Source: a bacterium (lineage in GTDB: Bacteria > Zhuqueibacterota > Zhuqueibacteria > Oceanimicrobiales > Oceanimicrobiaceae). Taken from it: a stretch of DNA of 20,388 bases. Under the pieces are notes generated by a model that was not told where the DNA came from, did not search any database, and worked only from the letters and a program-made list of their open reading frames with translations. Positions 16,289 to 20,388 of this stretch are shown here, piece after piece. A program made the position numbers and the translations under genes. Every line of letters starts with the position of its first letter. Positions within the stretch are counted from its first letter, which is position 1. The stretch covers positions 1 to 20,388 of the forward strand of contig JBHHYI010000071.1 of assembly GCA_046757525.1 (NCBI GenBank), given 5' to 3'.

Positions 16289-16960
16289 ATGAAAAGATTC
16301 TTGTTGGTGCTGTGCTCTGTCTGCGTAGCCAATGCGCAGCTATGGGCCCAACCCAAAACTCCCAGGAGTGAATTTGTCTTAGCCCGGCTAAAATATCATG
16401 GGGGAGGGGACTGGTACAACGATCCTTCCATTATTCCTAATCTGTTGGATTTTTTATCCGAAAATACCAATATGGACGTGGGAAACTCGCAGGCAGTTGT
16501 GGAATTAGCAGAGGAAGATCTTTTCTCTTACCCCGTTCTCTTCATTACTGGCCACGGACGAATATCGTTTTCAGAGGAGGAAGTCAAAAGGCTGAGAGAG
16601 TATTTGACACACGGTGGATTCTTGTATGCAGACGATGATTACGGCATGGACAAATCGTTCCGGCAAGAAATCAAGAAAGTTTTTCCCAATAGTGCACTCG
16701 TCGAACTCCCGTTTTCGCATGAGATTTACCACTGTCATTTCAATTTCGCCAACGGGCTGCCCAAGATTCACGAGCACTATGGCGGCCCACCTCACGGTTT
16801 CGGAATTTTTCATGAGGGCCGCATGGTTGTATTCTATAGTTTCAATACTAACATTTCCGATGGCTGGGCCGATCCAAACGTACATGAAGATCCGCCAGAC
16901 GTGCGGCAAAAAGCCTTCGAAATGGGCACGAACATCATGGTTTACGCGCTAACCCATTGA
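16289..16960 (+). CDS. Exported DUF4159-domain protein
   Basis: Sec-type signal peptide (MKRFLLVLCSVCVANA), ARLKY.GGGDWY, YP...ITGHG, LREYL..GGFL.ADD, ELPFSH.IYH, D..DGW, A..MG.NI..YA. Recognised from family pattern. Confidence 0.8.
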   Translation: MKRFLLVLCSVCVANAQLWAQPKTPRSEFVLARLKYHGGGDWYNDPSIIPNLLDFLSENTNMDVGNSQAVVELAEEDLFSYPVLFITGHGRISFSEEEVKRLREYLTHGGFLYADDDYGMDKSFRQEIKKVFPNSALVELPFSHEIYHCHFNFANGLPKIHEHYGGPPHGFGIFHEGRMVVFYSFNTNISDGWADPNVHEDPPDVRQKAFEMGTNIMVYALTH

Positions 16961-16967
16961 GGTTATC

Positions 16968-19900
16968 ATGAACAACTACGAGTCGGTTTACCGATCCCTG
17001 GTTTCGCGACTAAAGGTCGTCCGCAAGAAAGAAAAGATGGTACGTTTTGTCCGGGGCGTCTTTACTTTCTTTACGATCTTATCCTGGCTGCTATTGGTCG
17101 TGCTCATTGCTGAAGCCGTATTTCGGTTTGAGGTCTCGGGCCGTCTTTTGCTGTTGGCGTCGTTCCTAATGGGTGGTGCGGGCATGTTGTTCTGGTTTGT
17201 GGTGCGGCCGGGGTATGCCTTGTTGTTTCGACCGGACTTTCCTTCCGACGAGTCTTTGGCGCTACAAATTGGTGGGCATTTCGAACGCATTCGCGACCGA
17301 TTGGCCAACGTTCTGCAAGTCTTCACCAAGCATCGGCGCAACCCGGAGGGCTATTCGCTTGAATTAGTCGACGCGTCGTTGGCTTTGGTCCACCAGGAGA
17401 CGGAAGAGCTCGACTTCGAGGAGGTCGTCAGTTTTGCCAAGGTCAGGAGCACCCTGAGGTTGTTTGGGGCAAGTCTGGTGGCATTTTTCCTGGTTTATTT
17501 CGGATTCTTTTCTACTTTCTCTAACGCCGCCTTCCGGCTTGTGCACCCCGCGCAAAAATTTTCCACGACAGCAAGCTTCAAGATCACCGTTTCGCCAGGC
17601 GACACCGAGGTGGTAAAAGGCGACCCGGTTGAAATTCGGGCAACGGTGCAAGGCGTAGACGTTTCGGAAGCAGTGCTTGCCATTAAGCCGGCACAAGGCG
17701 ACGATTTTGAACGCCATCCGCTGGCAAAAGACCAGGATGGTTCGTTTTCATTTAGGCTTTCGGATGTCAGGCAAGACCTGCGCTACTTTGTGCAGGCGGG
17801 GAAGGTTTCAAGTGCTGCCTATTCGATCCATGTGGTTGAGCTGCCTTACATCAGAAATCTCCAGGTCACGTTAAATTATCCCAAATATTCCAAGTTGGGC
17901 AGCCAAACTTTGGACCAAAATGTGGGCGATATCGCCGCTTTGAAGGGTACGCAAGTGAGACTGAGCATCAAAGCAAACAAAACGGTCAAGAACGCGGAGA
18001 TCGTTTTTGACGACCAAACTCGAATCCCCCTGAAGATTTCTGGGCAAACGGTGCGCGGACTGTTCGAGCTTGCTGCTGACGGAAGCTACCACATCAGTCT
18101 CAGCGACAATAAGGGTAGGAGCAATGCCGCTCCCATTGAATACAGACTCTCTGTGCTGCAGGACGAGTTCCCTCTGGTGCGGATTACCTATCCAGGACAG
18201 GACGTGGATTTGGCCGAGGACATGTTGCTGCCCCTGACCATTGAAGCCGAGGACGATTTTGGTTTCTCAAAAATGCGCGTGGGGTATCGAATTCTCAAGG
18301 GTGGAATCCAGGAAGGCGATCTAAACTTTACCCCGGTGGCTTTGCCAAATCCTGAGGACGAAAAAATCCTCTTGAACCACACCTGGGACCTTTCCAAACT
18401 CAACATTTTGCCTGAGGACGTGGTTACCTATTTTGCTCAGGCGTTCGACAACGACCGGGTGTCAGGACCGAAGAGCGCGCGCAGCCAAACCTACCGCGTG
18501 CGCTTTCCTTCGATTTATGAAATCTATGCCGACGTCGCCAGCGCCCACGATGAGACCTTCGAAGGCTTAGAAGAGACTTACCAACAGAGCAAGAAGCTCC
18601 AAGAAAAGTTGGACAAGATCGTTCAGGAAATGAGAAAGGAACCGGAACTGAACTGGGAGGAAAAACAGAAAGTTCAGGAGGCCGGGCAGGCCCAGGAGAA
18701 AATGGCCGAGAAGTTGGAGCAGGTGCAGGACAAGCTCGAGGAAATGGTTTCGAAAATGGAACAGAACGATTTGCTGTCGCAAGAGACGTTGGAGAAATAT
18801 CGCGAGCTGCAAAACCTCATGGAAGAGATGCTCACGCCAGAAATGAAAGAAATCCTGCGCGAAATTCAGAAATCCCTGGAGGACGTGGATCCCCAGAAAC
18901 TCAAGGAGGCCATGAAAAAGTTTGCCGACGCCGAAGAGGAGTTTCGCAAGAACATCGAACGGACTCTGAATTTATTGAAGCAACTTCAGATCGAACAAAA
19001 AGTCGACGAGTCCGTTCGCAAAGCCCAGGAGTTGCTGCGCCGCCAGGAGGAGCTGAACAAAAAGGTCAGCGAGGCGCCGCAAAAGCGCAACCGGGAAAAG
19101 TACTCACAGGAGCAAAAGGATATTCAAAAAAACACGGCGGATTTAGGCAAAGAGCTGGAAGAGTTGAGTCAGAAAATGGGAGCTTTTCCGCAAATGCCGC
19201 AAGAGCAAATTGAGAAGGCACAAAACATGATTCAGCAGGACGGCCTGGAAAGCGAAATGCAGCAAGCGATTCAGCAGCTTCAATCGGGCAACATGAGCGG
19301 AGCGCAGCAATCAGGCCAGCAAATCTCGCAGAACATGCAAAACCTACTGGATACGCTGCAGTCGGCCAAAAAGGAACTTTCCGAGAAGCAGAAACAAGAA
19401 ATCATGCAGGCTTTCAACCGTTCGGCGCACAATTTCCTCACGCTTTCGAAAGAACAGGAACAGTTGATGCAGTCGACGCAGGGCAAGAATCGCAACAGTC
19501 CAGGGATGAGAGAATTAGCCGACAAGCAACAGGACCTGCTGGCCGGCCTTTCCCGCACCGCCAGCGAACTGATCGCGTTATCGCAGAAGACTTTTTTCGT
19601 TACGCCGGAAATCGGTAAGGCTTTGGGCAAATCGATGAATGGCATGGGCGAGTCGATTAAAGGCTTTGAGGAGCGGGACGTGGGCAGAACCGCAAGAAAC
19701 CAGGCCAAGGCCATGAGCGGCCTCAATGAGGCCGCAGCCCAGATTCGTCAATCCATGCAGAGTATGAGCGGTGCCTCCTCGGCCATCGGCTTTCAAGAAA
19801 TGATGCAGCGCTTAATGGGGCTGGGAAAAAAGCAGCAGGGTATCAACCAGCAGACTTCCCAATTGGCCCAGCAACCAGGCATGAGCTTACAACAACAGGC

Positions 19901-20348
19901 GGCCATGTCCCGTTTGGCTGCCGAGCAAAACGCGTTGCGCAAGTCGCTGGAACAATTGCGCAAGGAAATGGGCAACCGTTCCGATATTTTAGGGGATCTC
20001 GGACAGGTGAGCAAGGATATGGAAGAGGTGGTCAAAGAATTTGAAGCCAAGAACGTCGGACGCAAGACCATCGATCGGCAGCGGCGCATCCTCTCCCGTT
20101 TGCTGGACGCCCAGCGCTCCATGCACCAGCGCGAGTTCAGCCGAAAAAGGAAAGCCGAGACCGCGAAACAGTACCAGGCCAATAGTCCGGGTGCGCTGCC
20201 GGCCAATCTGGGTCAGAAAAAAGCGCGCCTCCAGGACGACTTGATCCGGGCTTTGAAAGAAGGCTACACCAAAGATTACAAAGAATTGATTCGAAAATAT
20301 TTTGAAGCTTTGGTGAACGAACAGGACCAGGGCAGCTTGAACAATTAG
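16968..20348 (+). CDS. Large membrane-anchored protein with Ig-like beta domains and a long Gln/Glu-rich helical C-terminus (DUF4175-like)
   Basis: Three N-terminal hydrophobic helices, beta-rich region (ITVSPGDTEVVKGDPVEI, D.FP.VRI..PG.D, AEDDFG, GPK), coiled-coil Q/E/K-rich half, C-terminal Y.KDYKELIRKYFEAL. GAGG SD, 7 nt after the DUF4159 stop. Confidence 0.7.
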   Translation: MNNYESVYRSLVSRLKVVRKKEKMVRFVRGVFTFFTILSWLLLVVLIAEAVFRFEVSGRLLLLASFLMGGAGMLFWFVVRPGYALLFRPDFPSDESLALQIGGHFERIRDRLANVLQVFTKHRRNPEGYSLELVDASLALVHQETEELDFEEVVSFAKVRSTLRLFGASLVAFFLVYFGFFSTFSNAAFRLVHPAQKFSTTASFKITVSPGDTEVVKGDPVEIRATVQGVDVSEAVLAIKPAQGDDFERHPLAKDQDGSFSFRLSDVRQDLRYFVQAGKVSSAAYSIHVVELPYIRNLQVTLNYPKYSKLGSQTLDQNVGDIAALKGTQVRLSIKANKTVKNAEIVFDDQTRIPLKISGQTVRGLFELAADGSYHISLSDNKGRSNAAPIEYRLSVLQDEFPLVRITYPGQDVDLAEDMLLPLTIEAEDDFGFSKMRVGYRILKGGIQEGDLNFTPVALPNPEDEKILLNHTWDLSKLNILPEDVVTYFAQAFDNDRVSGPKSARSQTYRVRFPSIYEIYADVASAHDETFEGLEETYQQSKKLQEKLDKIVQEMRKEPELNWEEKQKVQEAGQAQEKMAEKLEQVQDKLEEMVSKMEQNDLLSQETLEKYRELQNLMEEMLTPEMKEILREIQKSLEDVDPQKLKEAMKKFADAEEEFRKNIERTLNLLKQLQIEQKVDESVRKAQELLRRQEELNKKVSEAPQKRNREKYSQEQKDIQKNTADLGKELEELSQKMGAFPQMPQEQIEKAQNMIQQDGLESEMQQAIQQLQSGNMSGAQQSGQQISQNMQNLLDTLQSAKKELSEKQKQEIMQAFNRSAHNFLTLSKEQEQLMQSTQGKNRNSPGMRELADKQQDLLAGLSRTASELIALSQKTFFVTPEIGKALGKSMNGMGESIKGFEERDVGRTARNQAKAMSGLNEAAAQIRQSMQSMSGASSAIGFQEMMQRLMGLGKKQQGINQQTSQLAQQPGMSLQQQAAMSRLAAEQNALRKSLEQLRKEMGNRSDILGDLGQVSKDMEEVVKEFEAKNVGRKTIDRQRRILSRLLDAQRSMHQREFSRKRKAETAKQYQANSPGALPANLGQKKARLQDDLIRALKEGYTKDYKELIRKYFEALVNEQDQGSLNN

Positions 20349-20388
20349 GCCGAAGAGCCCTGGCCAGGCTTTGCGTGCTTTTACATGG

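Noticed and set aside
628..20244. Many 60-200-aa alternative-frame and antisense ORFs in the track (e.g. 3556-3918, 5977-6438, 14368-14946, 15547-16152)
   Set aside because: They overlap well-supported conserved genes and show no recognisable motifs; they look like shadow ORFs.
16968..20348. SMC or chromosome-segregation ATPase call for the large coiled-coil protein, tempting given the nearby parS sites
   Set aside because: No Walker A/B or ABC signature motif; it has N-terminal TM helices and Ig-like domains instead.
20356..20372. Possible terminator after the DUF4175-like gene (CCTGGCCAGG palindrome)
   Set aside because: Short stem with little loop room, weak U-tract, and too close to the window edge to judge.

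Overview
This window is the replication-origin region of a diderm bacterium. The DnaA domain I motif VPSQFFYEWLEGHY and the DUF4159/DUF4175-type genes suggest an FCB-superphylum-like lineage, which is an inference. On the minus strand are dnaA, dnaN and the first 14 codons of recF. Diverging on the plus strand are rpmH (missed by the ORF track), rnpA, yidD, yidC, mnmE, mnmG, rsmG, mfd, two parvulin/PpiC foldases, and DUF456-, DUF4159- and DUF4175-like genes. The dnaA-dnaN spacer holds a Bacillus-like unwinding module: an AT-rich tract, DnaA-trio-like repeats and two overlapping DnaA boxes. More DnaA boxes lie upstream of dnaA, suggesting a bipartite oriC. Two parS palindromes bracket mnmG, one inside its coding sequence, but parA/parB are absent and mfd follows rsmG instead. 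I see no mobile elements, CRISPR arrays or RNA genes. Most of the window is conserved housekeeping DNA and no clearly novel system is proven. The best leads are the foldase-DUF456-DUF4159-DUF4175 envelope cluster, a hairpin-enclosed strong-SD uORF overlapping the dnaA start, and the variant DnaA-box grammar.
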